A DNA stretch of 35,707 nucleotides from Candidatus Fervidifonticultor quintus (GCA_031459535.1 JAVKIJ010000027.1:1-35707); one strand, 5' to 3'. Positions 8,208 to 17,311 are shown, counted from the stretch's first letter. The notes: generated by a model from the letters alone, not told the origin. Program-made: numbers and translations.

Positions 8208-8318
8208 GGACTCCCCCGGCCGTATTGTCCAGTCTATCCGAGCGTTGGGGAGGCGACAAGGTCCGGGCCAGGGCCCCGGAGGCCGAAGGCGCCGCCGGCC
8301 CGAGATGCCCGCCGCGGG

Positions 8319-8612
8319 CTAGGGCAGGCGCGCCACCGGCACGGTGTCGAGCTCCGCGCACAGCTCCCAGGCCCGCCATGCCCGCAGGGTCCCGGGGTCC
8401 ATGCGTCGCACGTGTCGGATGTCGAAGGCACCGTGATCGGTGATCACCCGGTGGTACACCGCGTCGTGCTCGTGCCGTGTGGCCACCACCCGGGTGATGA
8501 GGTGGAACGCGCTCCCGCGCCAGAACCCGACCAGCCGGGGGCGGTAGGCGAGGGGCCGATCCAGCTCGACGACGACCGGCTCGGCCAGACGCGCTCGTTC
8601 CACGAAGAGCAT
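8319..8612 (-). CDS. Small hypothetical protein, possibly DUF6504-like
   Basis: MLFVERARLAEPVVVELD...FWRGSAFHLITRVVATRHE..VYHRVITDHGAFDIRH...WEL fills the ispDF-cysS gap. The start could extend to an in-frame GTG at 8744. Confidence 0.6.
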   Translation of the reverse strand: MLFVERARLAEPVVVELDRPLAYRPRLVGFWRGSAFHLITRVVATRHEHDAVYHRVITDHGAFDIRHVRRMDPGTLRAWRAWELCAELDTVPVARLP

Positions 8613-8746
8613 CTCGAAGGCGGCATGCCGCGCCGCCGCACGCCTGCCCTCGGCTATCGCCGGCGACCGACGGCCCGCCACCCGCGCCGCCCGGGGTCGG
8701 CCTCGCCGCCGGCGTCGGGAGAAGCCGCGGCCACCTTTGCGCACGG

Positions 8747-9931
8747 CTAGGCGGTCTTCCTCAGCACGGCCACGGCGTGGGCGGCGATCGCCTCGCTCCG
8801 GCCCACGGCATCCAGGCCCTCGCCCGTCGTGGCCTTGATCCCGACCTGTCCCGGCGTCACCGACAGGGCAGCGGCCAGCCGCTCGCGCATCGCGACAATG
8901 TGGGGCGACAGTCGGGGCGACTGGGCGATGACCACGGCGTCCACATTGGCGACGGCCCACCCGGACGCCCCCAGGTGATCGGCAACCGCCCTCAGCAGGT
9001 GCATGCTGCTGGCACCGCGGTACGCCGGGTCGTCGGGCGGGAAGTGATGGCCGATGTCGCGCTCGCCAGCTGCGCCCAGCAGGGCATCCATGATCGCGTG
9101 GGTCAGGACATCGGCATCGGAGTGCCCGGCCAGGCCCCGCGGATGGGGGATCGTGATCCCTCCGAGCACCAGCGCCCGGTCCGGGACCAGCCGGTGGATG
9201 TCGTAGCCGATGCCCACCCTCACCGGTGGCACCTCAGTGGCCTCCACGAGCCGCCTCGCGACGTCCAGATCGTGCGGCATGGTGATCTTCACGTTCAGTG
9301 GATCCCCCACCACCACCGCAACCTCGTGGCCGATGCGCTCGACGAGTTCGGCATCATCGGTGACCTGTGCGGAGTCCGGTACGACCGCGTGAGCCTCCCG
9401 GATCAGGGCGGCGCGAAACGCCTGCGGCGTCTGGATGGCCCACAGCGCTGTCCGATCCACGGTGCGGGTCACCCGATCCGCCGCGACGTGCTTGAGGGTA
9501 TCGGTCACGGGCAGGCCTGCGGTGGCAGCGCCGGTCGCCTTCGCCCCTTCCAGCACCCGCGCAATGAGCTCGGGCGTCACGAAGGGCCGCACGCCGTCGT
9601 GCACCAGGACCCACCCCACGTCTCCCAGCGCCTCCAGGCCCGCGGCGACCGAGTCGCGACGGGTGCGCCCTCCCGGGACCACGGCGATCATCTTGCGGCA
9701 ACGCATCGCCTGGACCGTGCGGACGAACTCCGGCGCCACGACCACTGCGACATCATCGACGGCCCGGCACCCCTCGAAGACCGCGAGGGTCCGCTCGAGG
9801 ATTGACGAGCCACCCAGTTGGATGAACGGCTTCGGGGTGGCGCCCGTCAATCGCGACCCGGCACCGGCGGCGGCGATGACGGCACCGACTCGGTCCGGGC
9901 TGGGCTGGGGAGCTGGATGGGCCTCGCCCAC
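8747..9931 (-). CDS. ispDF: Bifunctional IspD/IspF (MEP cytidylyltransferase / MEcPP synthase)
   Basis: AAGAGSR, HDGVRP, QTPQAF, TDD, KIT (IspD) fused to GIGYDIHRL, GHSDADV, DIG.HFP, KATTGE (IspF). Start is approximate. Confidence 0.93.
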   Translation of the reverse strand: MGEAHPAPQPSPDRVGAVIAAAGAGSRLTGATPKPFIQLGGSSILERTLAVFEGCRAVDDVAVVVAPEFVRTVQAMRCRKMIAVVPGGRTRRDSVAAGLEALGDVGWVLVHDGVRPFVTPELIARVLEGAKATGAATAGLPVTDTLKHVAADRVTRTVDRTALWAIQTPQAFRAALIREAHAVVPDSAQVTDDAELVERIGHEVAVVVGDPLNVKITMPHDLDVARRLVEATEVPPVRVGIGYDIHRLVPDRALVLGGITIPHPRGLAGHSDADVLTHAIMDALLGAAGERDIGHHFPPDDPAYRGASSMHLLRAVADHLGASGWAVANVDAVVIAQSPRLSPHIVAMRERLAAALSVTPGQVGIKATTGEGLDAVGRSEAIAAHAVAVLRKTA

Positions 9932-9932
9932 G

Positions 9933-11069
9933 CTACCGCCGCTCAACGGCTGGCGGCCCGGCGGGCTCGTTGGACTTGGGACGGGCAAAGATCATGCGGC
10001 CTGCGGACGTCTGGAGCACGCTGGTGACCACCACATCGGAGGTCTCACCGATGAACCGTTTGCCGCCTTCCACCACGATCATCGTGCCGTCCTCCAGATA
10101 GGCCACGCCCTGCCCGGCCTCTTTGCCGTCCCGGATGACGTGCACGCTCAACTCCTCGCCGGGAAGCACCGCGGGCCGCAGCGCCTGGGCCAACTGGTTG
10201 ACGTTCAGCACGCGCACGCCCTGCAGCTCGGCTACCTTGCTGAGGTTGAAGTCGGTGGTCACGATGGACGCATGGTGCGCCCGCGCCAGCGCCACGAGCT
10301 GCGAATCCACATCCAGATCGCCGGCGTCGTCGAGCACTCGCACCGTGGAGAAGTCGCGCTGGAGGCGGTTGAGGATGTCGAGGCCCCGCCGACCCCGGTT
10401 GCGCCGCACCACGTCCGCGGAGTCAGCCACCCGCTGGAGCTCCAGCAGCACCGACCGGGGTACCAGCAGCGGTCCTTCAAGGAATCCGGCCGCGCAGATG
10501 TCGGCGATGCGGCCGTCGATGATCACGCTGGTGTCGAGTAGCTTGGACCCGGCTCCCGCCTCGACGGCGCCGACCCGGGGACGCACGGTGACCCGGGCGA
10601 AGAAACTGGCGACCTCTTCACGCCGCTGCAGCGCCAGGTGGAGGCCCAGGTAGCCGAAGACCAGGCCCGCCACACCGCGGACGTATGGGCCGACCAGGGG
10701 CAACCCGTCCAACAAGCTGCCAACCACGTAGGCCAGCACCAGCCCGCCCGTCAGACCCGCGGCGGCCAGCAACAGGTCGCGTAGCGAGAGCGCGGCCAGG
10801 CCATGGAGTACAGTGGCCATCAGGGCCACGAACCCACGGGCCAAAAGGGGGAGCGCAAGCCAGCCCGCGAGTCCGCCGACGGCCACGCCCACCGCTGCGG
10901 TCACCAGCGTATCGGGAAAGATCGCCGGATTCCAAACGGTGGCCAGTCGGGCGGCCTCATGGCCAGCGATCCCGCCGAGCAATACTCCCGTTCCCCTCAG
11001 CAACCGATTCCGCATTGGAGGTCTGGCAGGCAGTCCCAGCGTCCCGTCCGCGGTCTGCGTACCGTGCAT
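9933..11069 (-). CDS. Membrane PIN/TRAM domain protein (YacL-like)
   Basis: N-terminal TM helices; LLDTSVIIDGRI, RGRRGLDIL, TTDFNL.KVA, GKE.GQGVAYLEDGTMIVVE, QTSAGRMIFA. Confidence 0.92.
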   Translation of the reverse strand: MHGTQTADGTLGLPARPPMRNRLLRGTGVLLGGIAGHEAARLATVWNPAIFPDTLVTAAVGVAVGGLAGWLALPLLARGFVALMATVLHGLAALSLRDLLLAAAGLTGGLVLAYVVGSLLDGLPLVGPYVRGVAGLVFGYLGLHLALQRREEVASFFARVTVRPRVGAVEAGAGSKLLDTSVIIDGRIADICAAGFLEGPLLVPRSVLLELQRVADSADVVRRNRGRRGLDILNRLQRDFSTVRVLDDAGDLDVDSQLVALARAHHASIVTTDFNLSKVAELQGVRVLNVNQLAQALRPAVLPGEELSVHVIRDGKEAGQGVAYLEDGTMIVVEGGKRFIGETSDVVVTSVLQTSAGRMIFARPKSNEPAGPPAVERR

Positions 11070-11087
11070 CTAGAGGTCTTCGCGAGG

Positions 11088-11096
11088 AGTATAGCA
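11088..11096 (-). promoter_or_regulatory. Extended -10 promoter for the PIN/TRAM-ispDF unit
   Basis: TGcTATACT on the minus strand. Confidence 0.6.
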
Positions 11097-11132
11097 CACG
11101 GCTTCGGAGGAGGAGAAGGTTCAGTCGCCTGG

Positions 11133-11186
11133 GATGGGACGCGCGGCGGGCGGGGTGGCGATGGGACTGTGCGGCGGCGCGGGGTG
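11133..11186 (+). repeat. Imperfect G-rich tandem duplication (2 copies, 25-27 nt)
   Basis: gatgggac-gcgcggcgg-gcggggtg (11133-11157) versus gatgggactgtgcggcggcgcggggtg (11160-11186). Confidence 0.55.
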
Positions 11187-11187
11187 T

Positions 11188-11217
11188 TTGACACCCTCGC
11201 GGCACGGTTTCTATAAT
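11188..11217 (+). promoter_or_regulatory. Consensus housekeeping promoter
   Basis: TTGACA-N18-TATAAT, both hexamers perfect. Confidence 0.85.
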
Positions 11218-11262
11218 GACACTCGCTTATGAGCGACTTGGCGCCATCGAGGTGAGCGTCGA

Positions 11263-11658
11263 ATGGCGGAGTTGAGCGAGGGCACCTTCCAACGCACGGT
11301 CTCAGAATACTTGATTCGCCACCGCAGTATTCTCGACGTGGAGAGCAAGCTCACTGAGGCGGCCGCGCGGGTCAACCGGGCTGTCGCCAAGGCGGTGACC
11401 ACCTGCGGGTGCATCAGCATCCACGCCAGCCGCCAGCGGTTCCCCGCCGAGCTCAGTCTCGCCCAGGTTCGCGATCTCATGCAGAGCCACCTGGAGGGTT
11501 CGCTGTGTGATCGGTGCCGCGAAGCGCTGGAGACCGAGATCGGGATGACGCTGTTCTACCTCGCGGCGGCATGCAGCCTGTTCGGGCTCGACCTGGATGT
11601 CATCATGCGGAAGGAGCACACCCGGGTCGCGACCCTGGGCGTGTTCCACCTCACCTGA
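11263..11658 (+). CDS. Conserved hypothetical protein (Cys-containing, with a MazG/NTP-pyrophosphatase-like C-terminal helix pattern)
   Basis: SD GAGGTG; RHRSILD, NRAVAKAVTTCGCI, LCDRCRE..E.EIG..LFYLAA.C..FGLDL...KE; resembles a family I recall next to radA/disA in Clostridia. Confidence 0.85.
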   Translation: MAELSEGTFQRTVSEYLIRHRSILDVESKLTEAAARVNRAVAKAVTTCGCISIHASRQRFPAELSLAQVRDLMQSHLEGSLCDRCREALETEIGMTLFYLAAACSLFGLDLDVIMRKEHTRVATLGVFHLT

Positions 11659-11667
11659 CCGGCCGGG

Positions 11668-12987
11668 CTACGTCAGGACCTCCAGCGCATCTGCCAGACG
11701 GTCAACACCCACGACCGCGATGCCCGCGGGCGCGTGCACGCCCTCGCGGCGCGGCACGACGGCCCGCTGGAATCCCAGCCGCACCGCCTCGGCCAGGCGC
11801 TTAGCCAGCTGGGGAACCACCCGGATCTCGCCTGCCAGCCCGACCTCGCCGATGACGATGGTCTGGGGATCGACCGGCCGGTTGCGCAGGCTGCTGGCCA
11901 CTGCCGCCGCGATGCCCAGATCCGCGGCCGGTTCGTCGACGGCGATCCCGCCGGCGACGCTCACGTACACGTCCTGAGTCGCCAGGTGCAGGCCGGCCCG
12001 CCGCTCCAGCACAGCCAGGAGCACCAGCATCCGGTTGTAGTCCACGCCGGCGGCTGTGCGCCGCGGCATGCCGAAGTGCGTGGGAGTCGTCAGCGCCTGG
12101 ATCTCGACCAGGAGGGGCCGCGTGCCTTCTATGGCGCAGACGACGGCTGACCCGGGCGCCGACGTTGCCCGTTCCGATAGAAACGCCGCGGAGGGGTTTG
12201 GGACGTCCACCAGGCCCGCGCCCGCCATCTCGAACACGCCGATCTCATTGGTCGAGCCGAACCGGTTCTTGGTCGCGCGCAGCACGCGGTAGGCGTGGTG
12301 CCGGTCACCTTCGAACGAGAGCACGGCGTCCACCAAGTGCTCCATCACCCGCGGGCCGGCCAGCGTGCCTTCCTTGGTCACGTGGCCGACGATGAACGTG
12401 GCGATGCCATACTCCTTGGCCATCCGCACGATGGACGCGGCGCACTCGCGCACCTGGACCACACTCCCGGGCGACGAGGCCACATCTCCCCGGAAGACGG
12501 TCTGAATGGAGTCTATGATGAGCACCGCTGGCCTCAGGCGGGCCGCCGTCTCCAGGATGACGTCCAGGTCGCTCTCGGCGAGCAACAGCAGCGCCGGCGC
12601 CACAACCCCCAGGCGCTCAGCCCGCAGTTTGGTCTGAGGGATCGACTCTTCGGCGCTGACGTACAACACCCGGTTCTCGCCACGGGCGACCCGATCGGCC
12701 AGCTGCATCAGTAGCGTCGACTTGCCGACGCCTGGATCGCCACCGACCAGGACCACCGACCCGGCGACAACCCCGCCGCCAAGCACGCGGTCGAGTTCCG
12801 CCGATCCGGTGGGCGTTCGCGTCTCGGCGGTAACCGGGGCCTCAGCGACGGAAACCGGCTGCGCCGCCGGCCGCCGGGCCGGCCGGGCTGGCGGGGCCTC
12901 GGGTTCCTCGACCAGGGTATTCCATTCGCCGCAGGCGGGACAGCGGCCCAGCCATTTGGCAGACTCGTGCCCGCACTGCTGGCACAC
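11668..12987 (-). CDS. radA: DNA repair protein RadA/Sms
   Basis: C4 zinc finger CQQC...CPAC, Walker A GDPGVGKST, KNRFG, Lon-like C-terminus. The true start is probably upstream (about 13014-13017, non-canonical). Confidence 0.95.
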   Translation of the reverse strand: MCQQCGHESAKWLGRCPACGEWNTLVEEPEAPPARPARRPAAQPVSVAEAPVTAETRTPTGSAELDRVLGGGVVAGSVVLVGGDPGVGKSTLLMQLADRVARGENRVLYVSAEESIPQTKLRAERLGVVAPALLLLAESDLDVILETAARLRPAVLIIDSIQTVFRGDVASSPGSVVQVRECAASIVRMAKEYGIATFIVGHVTKEGTLAGPRVMEHLVDAVLSFEGDRHHAYRVLRATKNRFGSTNEIGVFEMAGAGLVDVPNPSAAFLSERATSAPGSAVVCAIEGTRPLLVEIQALTTPTHFGMPRRTAAGVDYNRMLVLLAVLERRAGLHLATQDVYVSVAGGIAVDEPAADLGIAAAVASSLRNRPVDPQTIVIGEVGLAGEIRVVPQLAKRLAEAVRLGFQRAVVPRREGVHAPAGIAVVGVDRLADALEVLT

Positions 12988-13038
12988 ATACCTGGTGCGG
13001 ATGCGGTCTGTCGTCAGGCCTCCCGAACGCGCGGCAGC

Positions 13039-15492
13039 CTACTCGGCGAGGGCCGGCTCTCGCTTCCGTTCGAAGATGATGTGTTCGTCGCGGGCGTCCA
13101 CGAGCACGGTGTCGCCGCTGGTAAACTGCCCGCGCAGCAGCTCGTCGCTGAGCGGGTCCTCGACCAGCCGCTGGATCGCCCGACGGAGCGGTCGGGCCCC
13201 GAAGGTGGGATCGAACCCTTCGCGGGCCAGCAGCGCCTTGGCGGCGTCGGTGACTTCCAGGTCCATCTTCTGCCCGCGCAGCTCACGCCGTACGCGCTCG
13301 ATGAGGATGCCCACGATCGCGGCGATCTGCTCCGTGGTCAGGGGCCGGAAGACGATGATCTCGTCCAGCCGGTTGAGGAACTCCGGCCGGAAAGTGCGGC
13401 GCAGTTCCTCCATGACGTGCTCGCGCATGCGCTGGTAGCTGCGTTCGCGATCCACGCTGGCGTCGTAGGCGGCACGGAAGCCGATCCCCACGTCCTTGTC
13501 GAGCTGGGGCGCGCCCACGTTGCTGGTCATGATGATGACCGAGTTCTTGAAGTCCACGGTACGGCCCTGGGCATCGGTCAGCCGGCCGTCGTCGAGGATC
13601 TGCAGGAGCACGTTGAAGATCTCCGGGTGCGCCTTCTCGATCTCGTCGAAGAGCACCACCGAGAACGGCCGTCGCCGCACTGCCTCGGTGAGCTGTCCGC
13701 CCTCCTCGTAGCCCACATACCCCGGCGGCGAGCCGACCAGCCGCGACACCGTGTGGCGCTCGCTATACTCGGACATGTCGATCCGAATCAGCGCACCCTC
13801 GTCCCCGAAGAGGAACTCGGCGAGCGCCCGGGCCAGCTCCGTCTTGCCGACACCGGTCGGGCCCAGGAAGATGAACGAACCGACAGGCCGGCGCGGGTCC
13901 TTCAACCCCGCCCGGGCCCGGCGCACGGCCTTGCTCACCGCGCGGACCGCGTCCTCCTGACCCACGATCCGCTGATGCAGCGCCTCTTCCATCCGCAGCA
14001 GCTTTTGGGTTTCTTCCTCGACCAGCCGCGTGACGGGGATCCCGGTCCACGAACTCACGATATCGGCGATGTCCTCACCGGTCACGGTGCTGAGGTGGGC
14101 CCGGCCCTTTTCGCGCTTAACGGAGCTCTCCAACTCCTCGAGCTTCTGCCGCAGCACCCGCTCCCGATCGCGGAGCTGCGCAGCCCGCTCGAAGTCCTGC
14201 GCCTTGCTGGCCTCGTCCTTCTCGCGCTTGACCCGCTCCACGCGCTCCATGGCCTGGCGCAGCTCCTGGGGCAGAAACGACGCCTGCAACCGGATCTTGG
14301 ACGACGCCTCGTCCATGAGGTCGATGGCCTTGTCCGGCAGAAACCGGTCGGAGATGTACTTGTCGGCCAGGGTCGCGGCGGCGACCAGCGCTTCGTCGGT
14401 GATGGTCACGCCGTGATGGGCTTCGTACCGATCCCGCAGGCCTCTCAGGATCTCGATGGTCTGCTCGACGGTGGGCTCGGAGACCAGAATCGGCTGGAAC
14501 CGCCGCTCCAGCGCCGCGTCGCGCTCCACGTACTTCCGGTACTCGTCGAGGGTGGTGGCCCCGATGCACTGGAGCTCGCCACGCGCCAGTGCCGGCTTGA
14601 GGATGTTGCTGGCGTCAATGGCGCCTTCCGCCGCGCCGGCGCCCACCAGGGTGTGCAGCTCGTCCACGAAGAGGATGACCTCGCCCTGGGCCTTGCGGAT
14701 CTCCTCCATGACCTTCTTCATCCGCTCTTCGAACTCGCCGCGGTACTTGGTGCCGGCGACCAGCGCCGCCAGGTCCAACTGGACCACGCGCTTGCTGCGC
14801 AGCACGTCGGGCACGTCCCCCCGCACGATGCGTTGCGCCAGTCCCTCGGTGATGGCCGTCTTCCCCACACCCGGCTCGCCAATGAGCGCCGGGTTGTTCT
14901 TGGTGCGACGGGACAGGACCTGGATGACCCGCTCGATCTCGCGCTCCCGGCCGATCACCGGGTCCAGCTTGCCATCGCGGGCCAGCTTGGTGAGGTCACG
15001 ACCGAACTCGTCGAGCGTGGGCGTCTTGCTGGCCTGTTTGGTATACGAGGTGGTCCCCTCCTCGCCCAGCAGGTAGACGACCTGGGCCCGCACCCGGTCC
15101 AGATCGGCGCCCATGGCCTCCAGCACCCGGGCCGCCACGCCCTCACCCTCGCGGATCAGGCCCAGCAGCAGGTGCTCGGTGCCGATGTAGTTGTGTCCGA
15201 GCCGCCGCGCCTCGTCCAGCGCCAGTTCCAGCACCTTCTTGGCCCGCGGGGTGAACGCCACCTCTTCATGGGGGGCCCGCTCCCCGCGACCGATGGCGCC
15301 CTCGATTTCGGCGCGGACACGCTCGGGGCTGATGTTGAGGCTCTCGAGGACCTTGCTGGCGACGCCTTCGCCCTCGCGAATGATCCCCAACAAGATGTGT
15401 TCGGTTCCCACAGCGCTGTGGTTGAGGCGCTTGGCCTCTTCCTGGGCGAGGATGATGACGCGACGGGCGCGCTCTGTGAACCGCTCAAACAT
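13039..15492 (-). CDS. clpC: ATP-dependent Clp protease ATP-binding subunit ClpC
   Basis: [11 protein letters not shown] Clp-N repeats, two AAA+ modules ([16 protein letters not shown]), UVR-like middle domain, IGF loop. A GTG at 15498 is an alternative start. Confidence 0.96.
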   Translation of the reverse strand: MFERFTERARRVIILAQEEAKRLNHSAVGTEHILLGIIREGEGVASKVLESLNISPERVRAEIEGAIGRGERAPHEEVAFTPRAKKVLELALDEARRLGHNYIGTEHLLLGLIREGEGVAARVLEAMGADLDRVRAQVVYLLGEEGTTSYTKQASKTPTLDEFGRDLTKLARDGKLDPVIGREREIERVIQVLSRRTKNNPALIGEPGVGKTAITEGLAQRIVRGDVPDVLRSKRVVQLDLAALVAGTKYRGEFEERMKKVMEEIRKAQGEVILFVDELHTLVGAGAAEGAIDASNILKPALARGELQCIGATTLDEYRKYVERDAALERRFQPILVSEPTVEQTIEILRGLRDRYEAHHGVTITDEALVAAATLADKYISDRFLPDKAIDLMDEASSKIRLQASFLPQELRQAMERVERVKREKDEASKAQDFERAAQLRDRERVLRQKLEELESSVKREKGRAHLSTVTGEDIADIVSSWTGIPVTRLVEEETQKLLRMEEALHQRIVGQEDAVRAVSKAVRRARAGLKDPRRPVGSFIFLGPTGVGKTELARALAEFLFGDEGALIRIDMSEYSERHTVSRLVGSPPGYVGYEEGGQLTEAVRRRPFSVVLFDEIEKAHPEIFNVLLQILDDGRLTDAQGRTVDFKNSVIIMTSNVGAPQLDKDVGIGFRAAYDASVDRERSYQRMREHVMEELRRTFRPEFLNRLDEIIVFRPLTTEQIAAIVGILIERVRRELRGQKMDLEVTDAAKALLAREGFDPTFGARPLRRAIQRLVEDPLSDELLRGQFTSGDTVLVDARDEHIIFERKREPALAE

Positions 15493-15553
15493 CGCCACTG
15501 CACTCTCCTCTCCCGAATCGGGCGAGAGGGTCACCACTCACTGACGGGCACCA

Positions 15554-15581
15554 ATTCTGTCCTCTGCACGTGCACTCCTGC
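15554..15581 (-). promoter_or_regulatory. SigH-type promoter of clpC-radA
   Basis: GCAGGAGTG-N15-GAAT (followed by TG), matching the B. subtilis SigH consensus (AGGA ... GAAT) in sequence and spacing. Confidence 0.7.
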
Positions 15582-15744
15582 CCAGGGCCTCTGGAGCCGT
15601 CACCACTGTTGTGCAGCCTCGTTCCGCCACCAGCGGCGGCGCTCCCGATCTGGTCTACGTTCCAGAGTCCAGCCGCATTCCCGGCTGCGGGTTCGACCTG
15701 CCGGATCCGCTACCCGTATCTACTTGTACCCAACCCGCTGCGCG

Positions 15745-16278
15745 CTATGACTGGTGAGCGACGTCGAGGATGGTATACTGCAGCGTCCCGGCCGGCACCC
15801 GCACGGTCACCGTCTCGCCTCTCTTGCGGCCGATGAGGGCCTGCCCGACGGGAGACTCGTTGCTGATCCGGTCACGAAGCGGATCGGCCTCCGCCGACCC
15901 TACGATGGTATACGTGATCTCGTCGCCACCGGTGACGTCCTTCACCCGGACCGTGGACCCGATGGTCACCGCCTCAGGGTCGGTCGCGTTGTTGTCAGCG
16001 ACGCGGGCGTTGCGCAGAATCTGCTCGAGCTGCAGGATGCGACCTTCAACGAAGGCCTGCTCGTTCTTGGCGTCGTCGTACTCGGCGTTCTCGAACAGGT
16101 CGCCAAACTCCTTGGCGGCCCTGATGCGCTCGGCGATCTCCTTGCGCCTGGTCCCCTTGAGATACTCCAGCTCCTCCGCCAACTTGTGGAGGCCAGATTC
16201 GGTCAAAATGATTTCCTTCTCGCCCTCGGGAAGCGGCGTCTTGGGAGTCCTGTTAGGCTTGATGTTGCGGTTCGGCAT
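15745..16278 (-). CDS. greA: Transcription elongation factor GreA
   Basis: GDL.ENAEYDDAKNEQAFVEGRI, YTIVGSAEADP...ISNESPVGQALIG. Confidence 0.95.
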   Translation of the reverse strand: MPNRNIKPNRTPKTPLPEGEKEIILTESGLHKLAEELEYLKGTRRKEIAERIRAAKEFGDLFENAEYDDAKNEQAFVEGRILQLEQILRNARVADNNATDPEAVTIGSTVRVKDVTGGDEITYTIVGSAEADPLRDRISNESPVGQALIGRKRGETVTVRVPAGTLQYTILDVAHQS

Positions 16279-16340
16279 CGCACCCGCCTACAATGGATAC
16301 CGACCGCCGGGCACACCGGCGGTCGGGGCGACTAAGTGCG

Positions 16341-16370
16341 AGTATAGGAGAGGCCGCGCATCCCCGTCAA
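16341..16370 (-). promoter_or_regulatory. Housekeeping promoter of greA
   Basis: TTGACG-N18-TATACT; the -35 overlaps the upstream TGA stop. Confidence 0.7.
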
Positions 16371-17311
16371 GCGGAGCCCGCGGCCCCTGCCAGCCGCACG
16401 ACCCGCGGCGTAAACCCGGCCCGCCGCATCCACTCCAGGCACTCCGCCGGCGTCATGTCGGCCGGCCGCCGGCCGGACAGCGCGATCAGGGCGGCCTCCA
16501 GGGCGTTGGTGGGAAATGACCGGCCGTCCATCTCCGGAGTGGTGGTGATGAGCAGCGACAGGCGCCGCTGCCGCAGCACCACCAGATCGGCTTCCGTGAT
16601 CGTGTTGGTCAGGATGGTCTTCCCGGAGAGATCTTCCGGCAGATGCCGCCGAATGAAGTGGAAGTCGCCGGCGATGATCTCAGCCCACGCGTAGGCTCGC
16701 CCGAACTTCGGCCGGATCTCGTCCTGCCGTTCGCCCGTGGGGTAGAGCCAGGTGAAGGGCAGGCGCGTGAAGATCGGCAGCAGGAGCGCCGCCAGGATCT
16801 TGATCGTGGTCAGCCCGCGCAGCCCAATCGGGATCCCGAGCGCGAACATCAGGTCCCCGAACACCACGTCGGCCCCAGCGCCGGCGAAGGCTTCCGCCAT
16901 GGCGAAACGATCCACCGATGAAGCCAGCAGCACCCGCTGCCCAGCCAGCGGACGTCCCGTCTCCCTGGGGAGCACGTTCACGATGACCTCGCGCTCCCAC
17001 CCCTGCTTGATGCCGCTGCCGTCCACCACCGGCGTCCGCATCCCCGCCACGGCTCGCACCGCGTCCCGAATGTAGTACCGTCGCCCGCCGGCTGCCAGGG
17101 CCAGGTTGATGCCGCCCAGCCCAATGGCGTCCACCTTGCCGTCCAGTTCGCGCAGCTTGCGGCAGAAGCGCGCGTAGTCACCGTCGGTCCCGATCCGCTC
17201 GATGATAATGCGTTGACCCAGCAGCTCGGTCTCCACGCGCTTGTCGCGCTTGCTGGACCCCAGGCTGATGCTCACCACGTGGCGTACGCTCCCGGGCCGC
17301 GGCGCTGGCAT
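16367..17311 (-). CDS. Conserved protein of unknown function (family often auto-labelled quinate 5-dehydrogenase)
   Basis: VVSISLGSSKRD, ERIGTDGD, DAIGLGG, PVVDGSG.K, FGDLMFALG, LYPTGE, IAGDFHFI, GRSF.TN.LEA. Start is approximate (17311-17335). Confidence 0.8.
   Translation of the reverse strand: MPAPRPGSVRHVVSISLGSSKRDKRVETELLGQRIIIERIGTDGDYARFCRKLRELDGKVDAIGLGGINLALAAGGRRYYIRDAVRAVAGMRTPVVDGSGIKQGWEREVIVNVLPRETGRPLAGQRVLLASSVDRFAMAEAFAGAGADVVFGDLMFALGIPIGLRGLTTIKILAALLLPIFTRLPFTWLYPTGERQDEIRPKFGRAYAWAEIIAGDFHFIRRHLPEDLSGKTILTNTITEADLVVLRQRRLSLLITTTPEMDGRSFPTNALEAALIALSGRRPADMTPAECLEWMRRAGFTPRVVRLAGAAGSA

Noticed and set aside
8208-8318. T-box riboswitch upstream of cysS
   Set aside because: Gap is only about 110 nt, with no T-box sequence (GGTGGxACCGCG) or U-tailed terminator.
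15531-15569. Apparent leader peptide [12 protein letters not shown] with an AGGAG SD upstream of clpC
   Set aside because: The AGGAG is better explained as the -35 of the SigH-type promoter, whose predicted TSS falls inside this ORF.
12967-15750. 927-aa plus-strand ORF antisense to clpC, and similar long antisense or alternate-frame ORFs over ftsH, sigH, ispDF, ftcD and the EamA gene
   Set aside because: Shadow ORFs expected from high-GC codon bias opposite conserved genes; no motifs or expression signals.
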